A stretch of DNA of 64,000 bases from Thermodesulfobacteriota bacterium (GCA_963675595.2 CAXXLZ010000001.1:1312001-1376000), one strand, 5' to 3'. Numbered from the stretch's first letter, positions 10,083-19,056 are shown. Numbers and translations: made by a program. Notes: a model not told the origin generated them from the sequence alone.

Positions 10083-10785
10083 TTTTCCCGCTCACGTTCG
10101 CCGAGGGCTTTTTAGAGGGTTCCGGCCTGGCTTTCCGGCCGACATCGATGATCATGCCGCCGAGCTCTTCCCCCTGCATGCGCTTAAGCGCTCCATCCGA
10201 GGAAGGGCCTCCGATCGAGATATTGATATTGACGCCGGCGTCCGGTTCGTCGCCGGCCTTGTCTACCTTGTCCAGCCCGAAGGCCTTCCGCTCGGCCTGG
10301 ATCCACTGCGTTTCCGCCCTGGCGATATCCACCAGTGCGGATGACAGGGACTTCAGCTCGGATGGAGAGGCGACGCCTTCGATTGCGTCCAGGCTTGCCT
10401 TGAGCCGGGCTTTTTGATGATGACAGAGCGACTGGCTTTCTCGTATCGCCTTGCGATGGGTCTCAGCGACGAGCATTTGGCGCGTGGCGAGAGCATCTAC
10501 GATTTCGGTGGATGGCAGTTTTGCGCGCGCGCGTGTTGGCTGCGCAGTTTCATATTCAGCTGTTCCCTCTGATTTCAGCTCATCCTCAGCGGTTGCTCTA
10601 TCTCTTGCCTCAATTTCTTTCCTTAAATCATTTACCAGGCTTTGTTGCCATCTTTCCTTCTTCGCTTTGGCTCTTATGGTGCTTTCCGAGAGATGATAGC
10701 GCTTTCCTATTTCGCGCAGAGACAGCAATCCGCCGGCGTATTCCGCCTGGACCGCATCCCAAACCTGCGCCGACACTCTTGCCAC
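10075..10785 (-). CDS. Terminase small subunit
   Basis: N-terminal HTH WDAVQAEYAGGLLSLREIGKRYHLSESTIRAKAKKERW typical of TerS; GTG start after GGAGGTGAGG. Confidence 0.7.
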   Translation of the reverse strand: MARVSAQVWDAVQAEYAGGLLSLREIGKRYHLSESTIRAKAKKERWQQSLVNDLRKEIEARDRATAEDELKSEGTAEYETAQPTRARAKLPSTEIVDALATRQMLVAETHRKAIRESQSLCHHQKARLKASLDAIEGVASPSELKSLSSALVDIARAETQWIQAERKAFGLDKVDKAGDEPDAGVNINISIGGPSSDGALKRMQGEELGGMIIDVGRKARPEPSKKPSANVSGKNA

Positions 10786-10964
10786 TGCCTCACCTCCGCA
10801 TTTTCGCGCACTGCGCAATTCTCGCCCCCAACCCCCCAACCCCGTCCACACCATCACCTGCGCTTCCTGCGCTTTCTGCACTTCCCTGTCCTCTTCGTCC
10901 CTCGCCGCCTTCCCCGGCCGCTTGACCGCACGGCAAAAAAAATATTTCGCCGTGCATTTTTTCT

Positions 10965-10993
10965 TTGACATCGTAAACTGACCAGTGTACAGT
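10965..10993 (+). promoter_or_regulatory. Putative sigma70 promoter for the accessory cluster
   Basis: TTGACA-17 nt-TACAGT upstream of the ORF at 11040. Confidence 0.55.
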
Positions 10994-11013
10994 CTTAAAC
11001 CAGAACGCAACAC

Positions 11014-11044
11014 AACCACCACCAAAAAGGAGAAAGACCATGAC
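11014..11044 (+). repeat. 31-bp RBS/start repeat, copy 1 (copy 2 at 11664-11694)
   Basis: AACCACCACCAAAAAGGAGAAAGACCATGAC identical in both places. Confidence 0.9.
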
Positions 11045-11579
11045 GACGACCGAAACGAAATACCGTGTATCCCTCATCGGCCCCGGCCCGGACGGCGGGG
11101 AACTGATGAGCGATGAGACTTTTACGGCACTCGCCTCCGCCCATCAACATGCAGAGGCATTTGCCCGTGAAGCCGCTGAGAACGCCGGTGACTTCGCCGA
11201 CTGGAAGACGGTTGTGTACCGTGAGGATACCGGGGAGCGGATAACCGAGCGCCTGATCTACTCGCTACTTCTCTCCCAATGGGCGCGGGCGGAAAAAGAA
11301 TGGGCGCAAACCGGGATCATCCCAATGTGGTTTCAGCGGGCGCTTTTCGCCGACGCCCGCCGGGTAAAATATCCGGGCGGAGATTGCTACGTAATCAAGG
11401 GCGACAACGGCGGAATAGAGCGCATCGTGGATTTTCCCGACAACGGTGAGGCTGAATTTTTCGACCCGGGGAATTTCGCCGTGATGATCCGCGACGAAGC
11501 GGAACGGATGGGCGAGGACTGGGAGGATAGGACGGATGACCTGGCGAGGCTGTGCAATGAGATTGTGGGGGGCGAATAG
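11040..11579 (+). CDS. Phage hypothetical protein
   Basis: Strong RBS, acidic 179 aa ORF. Confidence 0.7.
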   Translation: MTTTETKYRVSLIGPGPDGGELMSDETFTALASAHQHAEAFAREAAENAGDFADWKTVVYREDTGERITERLIYSLLLSQWARAEKEWAQTGIIPMWFQRALFADARRVKYPGGDCYVIKGDNGGIERIVDFPDNGEAEFFDPGNFAVMIRDEAERMGEDWEDRTDDLARLCNEIVGGE

Positions 11580-11594
11580 GTATCCCGGCGCGGC

Positions 11595-11642
11595 CTGAGA
11601 GTCGCCGAGCACCGTCTCGTTCGGCGACTCGATTGGATGCAC
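11595..11642 (+). repeat. Intergenic hairpin element, copy 1 (copy 2 at 12512-12557)
   Basis: CTGAGAGTCGCCGAGC-loop-GTTCGGCGACTYGATTGGATGCAC in both; loops differ, stems conserved. Confidence 0.85.
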
Positions 11643-11689
11643 CAGGAACAAACAAGGGAAGTGAACCACCACCAAAAAGGAGAAAGACC

Positions 11690-12094
11690 ATGACCGAATA
11701 CAAACTGAAAAAGGGTGAAGGCCGCAAAACCCTTAGGAAAATGGGCTTGCTTCCGGCCTCCCGGCCAGTGATGCAGTTTGAAAAAATAGACAAATATCTT
11801 GCCGAGGAACTCCTCGGTGCCGGGTCGAAAGCGGATACTGGAAGCACGTACTACCTCTTCGAAGAGGAGGAGGTATCCTCCTGGGCGCTGTATTTGTGCG
11901 CTCATTATAAAGGTGATGATCGTAAAACATTTGTGGACCGGTTCGATCCACCTGCCGTGGAGGCGGCGAGGGCGGCGGCATCCAACCGACGTGACGCATC
12001 CGAAGCGGCCGAAGCGGAACGCCGAGCTGTCCGTATCGTTCCGCCTACGCCACAGTCGGCGGACGAATTTGACGATTATGACGATGAAGCATAG
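11690..12094 (+). CDS. Phage hypothetical protein
   Basis: ATG within the repeated RBS element. Confidence 0.7.
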   Translation: MTEYKLKKGEGRKTLRKMGLLPASRPVMQFEKIDKYLAEELLGAGSKADTGSTYYLFEEEEVSSWALYLCAHYKGDDRKTFVDRFDPPAVEAARAAASNRRDASEAAEAERRAVRIVPPTPQSADEFDDYDDEA

Positions 12095-12130
12095 AAGAGC
12101 CTGCTCACTTCACAATCAGGAGGGAAGAAA

Positions 12131-12499
12131 ATGGCAACATCAACGACGATTTTAAATTGCACTCCTCATTCGATTAAATACCGTCCGGCGGGGCGGGGCA
12201 CGGTTGAGTTCCCGCCTACGGGAATCGTTCCGAGGGTTTCAACCGTTGAATCCGAGGCCGCTTCCATTTCTTGCACCCTCGACTGTGGCGGCGGGTTCAT
12301 TTTGGACTGCATTCAGCAGTCACTCGGCGAAGTGGAAGGCCTGCCTTCGGCATCCCCACACATCTATTACATCGTGTCCCGGATGGTGTTCGATGCGGCT
12401 CCCGACCGCGTTGACCTGATCGTTCCGGATACCGGCAAGGGCGCGGTTAGGGATGAACAGGGCCGGATTGTAGCGGTAACGCGATTCATTCGGCGGTAA
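12131..12499 (+). CDS. Phage hypothetical protein (N-x-TPH type)
   Basis: ILNCTPH ... IVPRVS ... YYIVS ... VRDEQGRI pattern; RBS AGGAGGG. Confidence 0.7.
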   Translation: MATSTTILNCTPHSIKYRPAGRGTVEFPPTGIVPRVSTVESEAASISCTLDCGGGFILDCIQQSLGEVEGLPSASPHIYYIVSRMVFDAAPDRVDLIVPDTGKGAVRDEQGRIVAVTRFIRR

Positions 12500-12609
12500 T
12501 CCGGGCGCGTGCTGAGAGTCGCCGAGCTTGACCGTTCGGCGACTTGATTGGATGCACTGGATTAAACGAACCCAAACCACGACGAACCACCAAAGAGGCG
12601 AGACAAACC

Positions 12610-12909
12610 ATGCAAATTCAAGACGACAGGACTCCGGAACAAAAAAAGACTCATCCCGTGCTCATTGTGGGCACCGACAAGCTGTTGTCCGGTTGGGGAA
12701 AGGCGAAAGGCGGAACGTCCTACGCTGCATGGGCGTGCCGAATCGAGGATGACGCAAAGGTTTACCGTTGGGTTCGTTCTCGGTCGGACATGGAAAGGGT
12801 AAGGGAGGCCTTCGACGACGGGAAGACCCGATATCGTCCCAAGGGTAACGGGCACCTTCATATTTACTTGGTGGGCGAAGGTCACCCGGCGCTGAAGACG
12901 TCAAAATAG
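12610..12909 (+). CDS. Phage hypothetical protein
   Basis: ORF following the hairpin repeat and a degenerate copy of the RBS repeat. Confidence 0.65.
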   Translation: MQIQDDRTPEQKKTHPVLIVGTDKLLSGWGKAKGGTSYAAWACRIEDDAKVYRWVRSRSDMERVREAFDDGKTRYRPKGNGHLHIYLVGEGHPALKTSK

Positions 12910-12942
12910 GGATCAACTGCTACAGGTAACAGGAGCTTCACT

Positions 12943-13221
12943 ATGAAAAAAGAGCACATACCCTACAGGGGGGCATATTTTAAGATATTGCTGTCTTCGG
13001 ACATGATCGGGATCAAAAACGATATACACGCAGCGGTTTGTGCGTATGAAGAAGAAACTTTGAAAGCGGTTTCTGGTTCGACTACCGACGACCTGAGCAG
13101 GCTGGACGAGCTCAAAAATGAACTGCATCGGCTTCGCAGCCATTATGAGCTTGAACTGAAAAGACGGATGGAGGAAGCGGAGATTCCTTTTGAGGTACAC
13201 GCCGAGCGCTTTAAGTTGTAA
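12943..13221 (+). CDS. Phage hypothetical protein
   Basis: RBS AGGAG; 92 aa. Confidence 0.6.
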   Translation: MKKEHIPYRGAYFKILLSSDMIGIKNDIHAAVCAYEEETLKAVSGSTTDDLSRLDELKNELHRLRSHYELELKRRMEEAEIPFEVHAERFKL

Positions 13222-13277
13222 CAATATGTCCGCCCCTGCTTTCGGGCGGGGGCTTCACCGCATGGAGGATTGAGGCA

Positions 13278-13643
13278 ATGACCAGACAAGACGTGATGCA
13301 GATGACGAGACGGGCGGTCCAAGAAACGAACGACACCTGGTCGGTTCCGGTATGGTTCATCGACGAGCTTAAGAAAGAGCCGAGCGGCGTTAGATTGGTT
13401 GTCCTGGATTCGGTGTCGACGCACTTGTTCCTGATTTACGACGAGGAGAAACTCGACATGATCGTAGAACGGTGTTCTCAGGGAACCGTGCTTCACACTC
13501 CTGGCGGATATTATTGGGATTTCCGGAGGCTTACCGAATACGAAGGAGAATCATGGAGCGTTGAAGAAGACGAGCTGAAAGTTATCCGTGAGATCGCGGC
13601 ACAGATTGGTGAAGAGTATCCGGAAACAGGCAATGAGCATTAA
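13278..13643 (+). CDS. Phage hypothetical protein
   Basis: RBS GGAGG/GAGG; acidic 121 aa. Confidence 0.6.
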   Translation: MTRQDVMQMTRRAVQETNDTWSVPVWFIDELKKEPSGVRLVVLDSVSTHLFLIYDEEKLDMIVERCSQGTVLHTPGGYYWDFRRLTEYEGESWSVEEDELKVIREIAAQIGEEYPETGNEH

Positions 13644-13680
13644 ATAGCGTATATAAAAGAAGAATATGAGGGGAGAGGCG

Positions 13681-13839
13681 ATGAAAGTGCATGAGTTGAT
13701 TGAACGGCTCGGCAAGTTTCCGGCGAATTATCAGGTATATGTAAACAGCCTGAACAGCGAAGAACCGGCGGAGACGGTGCGGGATGTTGATTTGCACGAA
13801 GAGGATAACGATAGCTTTGTAGAGCTGTTTACGTATTAA
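13681..13839 (+). CDS. Small phage hypothetical protein (52 aa, not in ORF track)
   Basis: MKVHELIERLGKFPANYQVYV...; RBS GGAGAGG; resembles 8953-9204. Confidence 0.55.
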   Translation: MKVHELIERLGKFPANYQVYVNSLNSEEPAETVRDVDLHEEDNDSFVELFTY

Positions 13840-13889
13840 AGAACAGCGTGGGCTAATACTATCAATCATCGACGAAGGGAGCGCAGAAC

Positions 13890-14405
13890 ATGACCAAAAT
13901 TAAGGCAATCAATTTCCGTGTAGACGAACCAACTTTAGACTGGCTCACGCGATATAACGACCGCGCCGACCAGGGCGGAAAGGTCGGCGTGTCGGCTCAG
14001 ATCGAAGAGGATCTAAATGCTTTTCGGTCGTTGATAGGCACGGCCGAGCGGTCGCTTCAGGGGTTCCTTTCGATCGGGGAGGCAATGTTGCTGCTCGACG
14101 TCACAAACAGCTCACGGCTGTTGATGGGCGGGACGGATGCGTCGTTTGTTTCGCAAGCGCTGGCTCACGAGGTTTTAGACGCGATCCCGGATGGACTGGG
14201 GGAAAAATGGGGAATCGAGGACATGGCGGTGTTCTCGTCGAGGCTTGCGGTATTGTCTCCCCTCGAAGGGTGCGCGTTATATCACTGGTGCCTCACGTTT
14301 TGGGCGCATCACGAGGACCTGGCCGGCGACGAGAGGGAGGCTTACGTCAGGCGCTTGTTTCGGTGCCGGCCGGATGACGACGCGAACAACGAAGAAAGGG
14401 CTTAG
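13890..14405 (+). CDS. Hypothetical protein, possible RHH-type DNA-binding N-terminus
   Basis: KAINFRVDEPTLDWL strand-helix pattern. Confidence 0.55.
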   Translation: MTKIKAINFRVDEPTLDWLTRYNDRADQGGKVGVSAQIEEDLNAFRSLIGTAERSLQGFLSIGEAMLLLDVTNSSRLLMGGTDASFVSQALAHEVLDAIPDGLGEKWGIEDMAVFSSRLAVLSPLEGCALYHWCLTFWAHHEDLAGDEREAYVRRLFRCRPDDDANNEERA

Positions 14406-14413
14406 GTATCGGG

Positions 14414-14710
14414 ATGAACGACAAGCTATCAAAAAGCAGGGTTGCAAAGCTGATAAGAGACATGAGACCGGGAGAGACAGGATATACCGTTCCATGGGCG
14501 ATGGAGGTTGATTTAGATTTCCATGGCTGGTTGAGAACCTATTTTACTGTTTCCTCGCGTCCGGTAGGTACGCTTTCGATGCTGGTGAGGAGGAGCAACG
14601 ACGGCAAAAATTTCTCGGTCGATATTGAACTTTGCAAGGATTCTTTTTGGGTACCAGGAGTTAAAACTTCAGAGAATGGCATGGCTCGGGTGTTGGAGAT
14701 CATACAATAA
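14414..14710 (+). CDS. Phage hypothetical protein
   Basis: 98 aa ORF in the same operon. Confidence 0.55.
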   Translation: MNDKLSKSRVAKLIRDMRPGETGYTVPWAMEVDLDFHGWLRTYFTVSSRPVGTLSMLVRRSNDGKNFSVDIELCKDSFWVPGVKTSENGMARVLEIIQ

Positions 14711-14895
14711 TTCGTGGGAAGCGATACCGCATAGGGTTTTCTTTTTCGGGGGGCTTCACCGCATGGCGTGATGATTTTTGTTGACACCTTCGGGGCGCCT
14801 GGTGCATTCTGAGGGTGACAAAAATTCACACCAACCGGTGAGGCCAACCGACACATGGTCATTTTTTATTTGTGCAGACAACAACAAAAATCGTT

Positions 14896-14963
14896 CCCCG
14901 AGTCCGTTCATGTCGTGAGGCATGAACCAGGTTGCGTTGGTGGACCTGTGTCAGGACTCGGGG
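14896..14963 (+). ncRNA. Putative c4-like antisense RNA upstream of the antirepressor
   Basis: Closing stem CCCCGAGTCC/GGACTCGGGG encloses two hairpins; GTTGGTG and TGTGTC are complementary to upstream CACCAAC (14829-35) and GACACA (14850-55). Confidence 0.55.
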
Positions 14964-14987
14964 ATTCTTGTTTCAAGGAGATACCCA

Positions 14988-16100
14988 ATGGCAGAAAAAC
15001 ACCAAGTCACCGAGGTCATTCCATTCCAGTACGAGGACCATCCGGTTCGAGCGCTCCGCGACGACCAAGGCAATCCGTGGTTCATTGCAACAGACATCTG
15101 CAAAACTTTGGGGTTGAACAACACCAAAGAAGCCGTTCGGGCACTGGACACAGACGAGCGGAATACTGTCACTTTTTCTGATAGTATTCCGGGCAATCCA
15201 ACTCGGATTGTCATCTCCGAATCCGGCCTTTATTCGTTGATCTTCCGTTCGAACAAACCCGACGCCAAAAAATTCCGCAAGTGGGTGACGTCCGAGGTCC
15301 TTCCTTCGATCCGGAAGACGGGCGGGTTTCAAGCTCAAGATACCGTTGTTGACGGTGAACGGCCTTCCGGGTTTTCGATTACGGGGGATCCCAACGAACG
15401 GAGGCCGGGTTACCGGTTCGATACGGGTCCTGGGTTTCGCGCCGGGGATCCCTACCCGGAGGATGCTGACCTGATGCACATTCCACCGCCGTTTCCCGAA
15501 GAGCCGCTGATGTCCACGCATGACGCGGCGCTGCGGACGTTTTGTCCTACGGCGGAATCCAGGTCTGAGGACCGCAGTGTCCGTAACAATCCGCAGCAGG
15601 ATGCATGGCTTTATATCCGCAAATGGGTGTATGGATGGGAGCGGAAGGACACGGGGAGCCCGAGAACATACATGGAACCGCCCTACCCGTGCCGGTTGAT
15701 GGAACAGGGCATGGCCTGGAACTTCCGGCTGCTGTATGACGCCGGGCGTAACATTTTCAAGCTGGTGACCGGCTTTCCGGATCGAGACGTGCCGGACCAT
15801 TGGGACGGCGCTCCCTGGGACAGGGCAAACTGTGTGGATTCGGTGGCCGTGGCCGTGTACGAGCAGTATCAACGGCTTGTTGACGGGGATAAACGAGAGG
15901 TGGTTCGAACGCGCAACGAGGCCATTCGATGGTTGGCGAGGCACATTGATTTTCTGGTGTCGGCGACGCGCCCGGACGTAGCGGTGCATGACTCGTTGTG
16001 CGTGGTCGGCATCGCGGAAATGATCGTCTTGGCCATGCTTTCATTCGAAGAGACGAAGTTTTGTCCGATTCATAATCCGTTCTGGACGATCGGGTTCTAA
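14988..16100 (+). CDS. BRO-N domain protein (phage antirepressor-like)
   Basis: PWFIATDICKTLGL, ISESGLYSLIFRSNKPDAKKFRKWVTSEVLPSIRKTG. Confidence 0.88.
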   Translation: MAEKHQVTEVIPFQYEDHPVRALRDDQGNPWFIATDICKTLGLNNTKEAVRALDTDERNTVTFSDSIPGNPTRIVISESGLYSLIFRSNKPDAKKFRKWVTSEVLPSIRKTGGFQAQDTVVDGERPSGFSITGDPNERRPGYRFDTGPGFRAGDPYPEDADLMHIPPPFPEEPLMSTHDAALRTFCPTAESRSEDRSVRNNPQQDAWLYIRKWVYGWERKDTGSPRTYMEPPYPCRLMEQGMAWNFRLLYDAGRNIFKLVTGFPDRDVPDHWDGAPWDRANCVDSVAVAVYEQYQRLVDGDKREVVRTRNEAIRWLARHIDFLVSATRPDVAVHDSLCVVGIAEMIVLAMLSFEETKFCPIHNPFWTIGF

Positions 16101-16132
16101 CCTCCACCGTCATCGAAAGAAAGGCTTTTGCC

Positions 16133-16471
16133 ATGTCCGACAAAGCGACGCGAAGGCATTTAAGTCCGTCCGACATCGAGTCCGTTCTGTTCGAGCAGTG
16201 GAAGAAATACGGCGATCTACTGTTTGATATCGAAGTGGATTGGGGCGCCGGTCCGGAACGAGAAGGCATTACGGAGCCGTTCGTCAACCACAGATATCTT
16301 ACGTTTATCCTGGGGAAGCCGTTCATTGTATTGGGCGAAGACGTGAAAGAGCCGTATGACGGGGAATTGTGCGGGAAGGCGGCTTCCCCGGATGACCTGG
16401 GCTTGATTTACGGCAAGATCAACCTGCAAATGAACTGCTCGGTCTTTTCGAAGGAAGCCGCGCGGGTTTAA
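16133..16471 (+). CDS. Hypothetical protein
   Basis: ORF after BRO, followed by a terminator. Confidence 0.6.
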   Translation: MSDKATRRHLSPSDIESVLFEQWKKYGDLLFDIEVDWGAGPEREGITEPFVNHRYLTFILGKPFIVLGEDVKEPYDGELCGKAASPDDLGLIYGKINLQMNCSVFSKEAARV

Positions 16472-16500
16472 GGGTTGATATCGGCCTGAAATCTTTTAGA

Positions 16501-16531
16501 GCGGGAATCCTTGTCGGGTTCCCGCCTTTTT
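16501..16531 (+). terminator. Intrinsic terminator
   Basis: GCGGGAATCC/GGGTTCCCGC stem followed by a T-run. Confidence 0.7.
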
Positions 16532-16539
16532 ATGACGAC

Positions 16540-16845
16540 CTATTCCCAAGGCTTAGGCTTTGGCCGAACCCGAATTTCCTTCGTTCCATAGTTGTAGTAA
16601 ATCCCCGTACTGTTGTCGTATTTCCAATAGTTTCCGTTGGAATCAAGGCCGCTCTGGCTTCCGTACCGATCATAATTGTTAACCCAGGATCGGCCGGTCT
16701 GTGGGTTGTATCCCCTGAGCTCCCCCCTGGACTTGTCCCAGGTATAATGATTGGTGTCCGGTTCTCGCTCGAACGGATTTTCCCAGGCGGCGCACGGAAC
16801 CGCAAGGGCGACGCAAAGGACGAAAATTGCGGCGAATCGAAGCAT
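16540..16845 (-). CDS. Small secreted protein (moron-like)
   Basis: Signal peptide MLRFAAIFVLCVALAVPCAA; RBS GAAAGGAGA; flanked by terminators. Confidence 0.7.
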   Translation of the reverse strand: MLRFAAIFVLCVALAVPCAAWENPFEREPDTNHYTWDKSRGELRGYNPQTGRSWVNNYDRYGSQSGLDSNGNYWKYDNSTGIYYNYGTKEIRVRPKPKPWE

Positions 16846-16950
16846 GTAAGGTCTCCTTTCGTTGGCATGGCGGCGGATGGTTCGGGGTTGTGGGTCATAA
16901 AACGACGCTCCGTTACCCACAAATACACTTAAGGCTCACCGAATAGCAAC

Positions 16951-16984
16951 AAAAAAGCCCGCCTGGGATCAATCCCGAGCGGGC
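16951..16984 (-). terminator. Intrinsic terminator
   Basis: GCCCGC...GCGGGC stem with T6 on the minus strand. Confidence 0.7.
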
Positions 16985-17018
16985 AAACAAGTAAAATACG
17001 GCACGCGATTCGTGTTGT

Positions 17019-17378
17019 CTAAGCGGCCTCCGCCATGGCGGCCGGACCGCACAGCGCTTCGGACCCGGATATGTCGGCGTAGTCGCGGAAAATTTCGGCG
17101 ACGGCTTCCGGGGTCTTTTGCGGTAACGCGAAGATTCTGGCGTTCATTTCGACGACGATGGACAATGCTCCCATAGCGCCGCGCACCGCCGACGGCTTCA
17201 TACCCAACGGTCGGGCGGCGCGGCGTCCGACGTTTCGTTCAATGGCCCGCGCGACTTCTCCCATGTAGTGAAACAGGGTCCGTTTGCGTTCGGGAATCGA
17301 TTGTTCCATTTTGCCGAAGCTTACCGCCGGTTTCTGGAACACTAGGTTGTGTCCACAAACGTCTACGACTCTTCTCAT
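17019..17378 (-). CDS. Phage hypothetical protein
   Basis: RBS AAGGAG; coupled to the upstream HTH gene. Confidence 0.6.
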   Translation of the reverse strand: MRRVVDVCGHNLVFQKPAVSFGKMEQSIPERKRTLFHYMGEVARAIERNVGRRAARPLGMKPSAVRGAMGALSIVVEMNARIFALPQKTPEAVAEIFRDYADISGSEALCGPAAMAEAA

Positions 17379-17587
17379 GTGATTTCTCCTTCGAGTGCTT
17401 CACCGTCCGGAACAACGGCGTTGCGTTTCACGTAGTTTTGAAAATCGGGGCCGGGAATGATGAGCTTTCGCTTTCCGACTCGAATCCCTTTCAGGGCTCC
17501 GTCGGCGATCATTTCGCGCACCGTGGTAGTGCTGACGCGCAGCTCTTGAGCAACTTCGAGAACGGTATAGTAGTTTCGAATTTTCAC
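17375..17587 (-). CDS. Excisionase-like/MerR-type HTH DNA-binding protein
   Basis: YYTVLEVAQELRVSTTTVREMIADGALKGIRVGKRKLII. Confidence 0.75.
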   Translation of the reverse strand: MKIRNYYTVLEVAQELRVSTTTVREMIADGALKGIRVGKRKLIIPGPDFQNYVKRNAVVPDGEALEGEIT

Positions 17588-17624
17588 GCCTGCGCCCCCC
17601 TTTTGCTCGCTGCGCTCAGAGTAA

Positions 17625-18011
17625 TCAGTAGAGCCAGATAACCGGCGCGGGTCGGTTATCCTCGCCGATGTCGTCCAGGTGAATGAATGTCTTACCGATC
17701 CCGATGCGTGGGACGTGAACCGAAAGAGCGGCTTCAAGCAGGTGCCATCGGTGGATCCCGTCTTTGCATGCGAGGTCTGCGGCTTTGCCCGTGGTATGAT
17801 TACCCTTGCCGCCTACGGCCGCGTCGTGCCCTGGGCACCGGTATCCGGACGTTACGACGAGCGGAAAGCCGGCGCGGTCTCGTATGTCGTCGAGCATGCG
17901 GATAAAGTCAACGTCCATGTGCTCCGGACCCTGTCCGCATCCGCACTTGCAGGTGAACTCCTCGGGCTTGAAGCGGCGAATGTTACTCCACCAGGTCGGT
18001 ATCGTCGTCAT
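17625..18011 (-). CDS. Peptidase M15A family (putative endolysin)
   Basis: EFTCKCGCG, VTSGYRC, H-x6-D (HTTGKAAD), FIHLD zinc-peptidase motifs. Confidence 0.85.
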   Translation of the reverse strand: MTTIPTWWSNIRRFKPEEFTCKCGCGQGPEHMDVDFIRMLDDIRDRAGFPLVVTSGYRCPGHDAAVGGKGNHTTGKAADLACKDGIHRWHLLEAALSVHVPRIGIGKTFIHLDDIGEDNRPAPVIWLY

Positions 18012-18369
18012 GGATGACCGCCTCCTTATCGTTTAGGAGCTTCTTCCAGTCCTCCCCCTCGGGCACTACGATATAGCGCCCCTCGTTTTCGGCATTGTCT
18101 GGTACCTTCTCGGCGGTTTGCGCCGGCTGTTGCGCGGCCTTTTGCCCTTCGTACCGCATTCGAAGCGTGGTGTGCACGATTTCGAGCGTATGCAGCACGG
18201 CCGGGATGTTGTCCGGCACGTACGTGAATCTCAGTTTGTCCGGCTCGGCTTTGGTGACTGCGAAAAACAGCCCGACCATCAGCTCGTCCGGGTTCTGTCC
18301 GAGAGCGGCTATCTGTTTGATCAGCTCCTCATCAGATAGGTTGTCTTGTTTCGTCGTTTCTGTATCCAT
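17983..18369 (-). CDS. Phage hypothetical protein
   Basis: 128 aa ORF overlapping neighbours. Confidence 0.55.
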   Translation of the reverse strand: MDTETTKQDNLSDEELIKQIAALGQNPDELMVGLFFAVTKAEPDKLRFTYVPDNIPAVLHTLEIVHTTLRMRYEGQKAAQQPAQTAEKVPDNAENEGRYIVVPEGEDWKKLLNDKEAVIHDDDTDLVE

Positions 18370-18838
18370 ATTCTTGAACCTCCCAGCCGCCTCCGGGCTT
18401 CTTGGATTTTGGTGCGGCCATGCACCATATGTACATCGAAAAGCGCTCAGCCGCCGTCTTGAATTTTACCTTGGCATCGTCGGGCATGAATTTAAAGGTG
18501 CCCTTGATTTCCCAAAAGATCATCCTGCCGTCGGGCAACAGCTCCCAATAGTCAGGCGTGTACCAGCATTTTTTTGCCAGCCGGAATTTGATCTGTTCTT
18601 CTCCGTAGAGGTTTCCTCTTGGTTTTAAGAATTCTTCTTCGAACGCGATTTGAGTTTTTGAGCGTCCCTTTTGCTTCGGCGCCACGGCCCTGAAGTAAGG
18701 GTTGACCCGACCATCCCAACCACCCCGTTTCTTTACCCTGGGCGCCTCGTTTGATGTCGTCGCCGTCGCAGCAGGAGGCTGCTTGCGCCGTTCTTGATAG
18801 GCGTTAAGCTCTTCTTCTGTCATCCTTACGCCGGCCAT
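18332..18838 (-). CDS. PD-(D/E)XK nuclease (DUF1064-like, putative resolvase)
   Basis: YTPDYW...FWEIKG...DAKVKFK motif. Confidence 0.7.
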   Translation of the reverse strand: MAGVRMTEEELNAYQERRKQPPAATATTSNEAPRVKKRGGWDGRVNPYFRAVAPKQKGRSKTQIAFEEEFLKPRGNLYGEEQIKFRLAKKCWYTPDYWELLPDGRMIFWEIKGTFKFMPDDAKVKFKTAAERFSMYIWCMAAPKSKKPGGGWEVQEYGYRNDETRQPI

Positions 18839-18840
18839 TG

Positions 18841-19056
18841 CTAATCCATTCCCGCCATGAAGCGTCGAAACATTGACGCGCAGGCGTCGCACAGGTGAAT
18901 GGAGTGGAGCCCCTCCGGCAAGCGATACAGGTCCGTAGAGATCATGACTGGAACGTCGGACGCATACCACCCTATGGGCTCATGACATCGGCTGCACCTA
19001 TAAACGGCGGATTCGTTCATAACGATCGGCGGCAAGGCTGTATCGGCGTTGTTCAT
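18841..19056 (-). CDS. Small Zn-finger protein
   Basis: CSRC ... CDAC pairs. Confidence 0.5.
   Translation of the reverse strand: MNNADTALPPIVMNESAVYRCSRCHEPIGWYASDVPVMISTDLYRLPEGLHSIHLCDACASMFRRFMAGMD

Noticed and set aside
12131-12499. Possible viral ring nuclease/anti-CRISPR
   Set aside because: Lacks the GH active-site signature I would expect for AcrIII-1/DUF1874; left as hypothetical.
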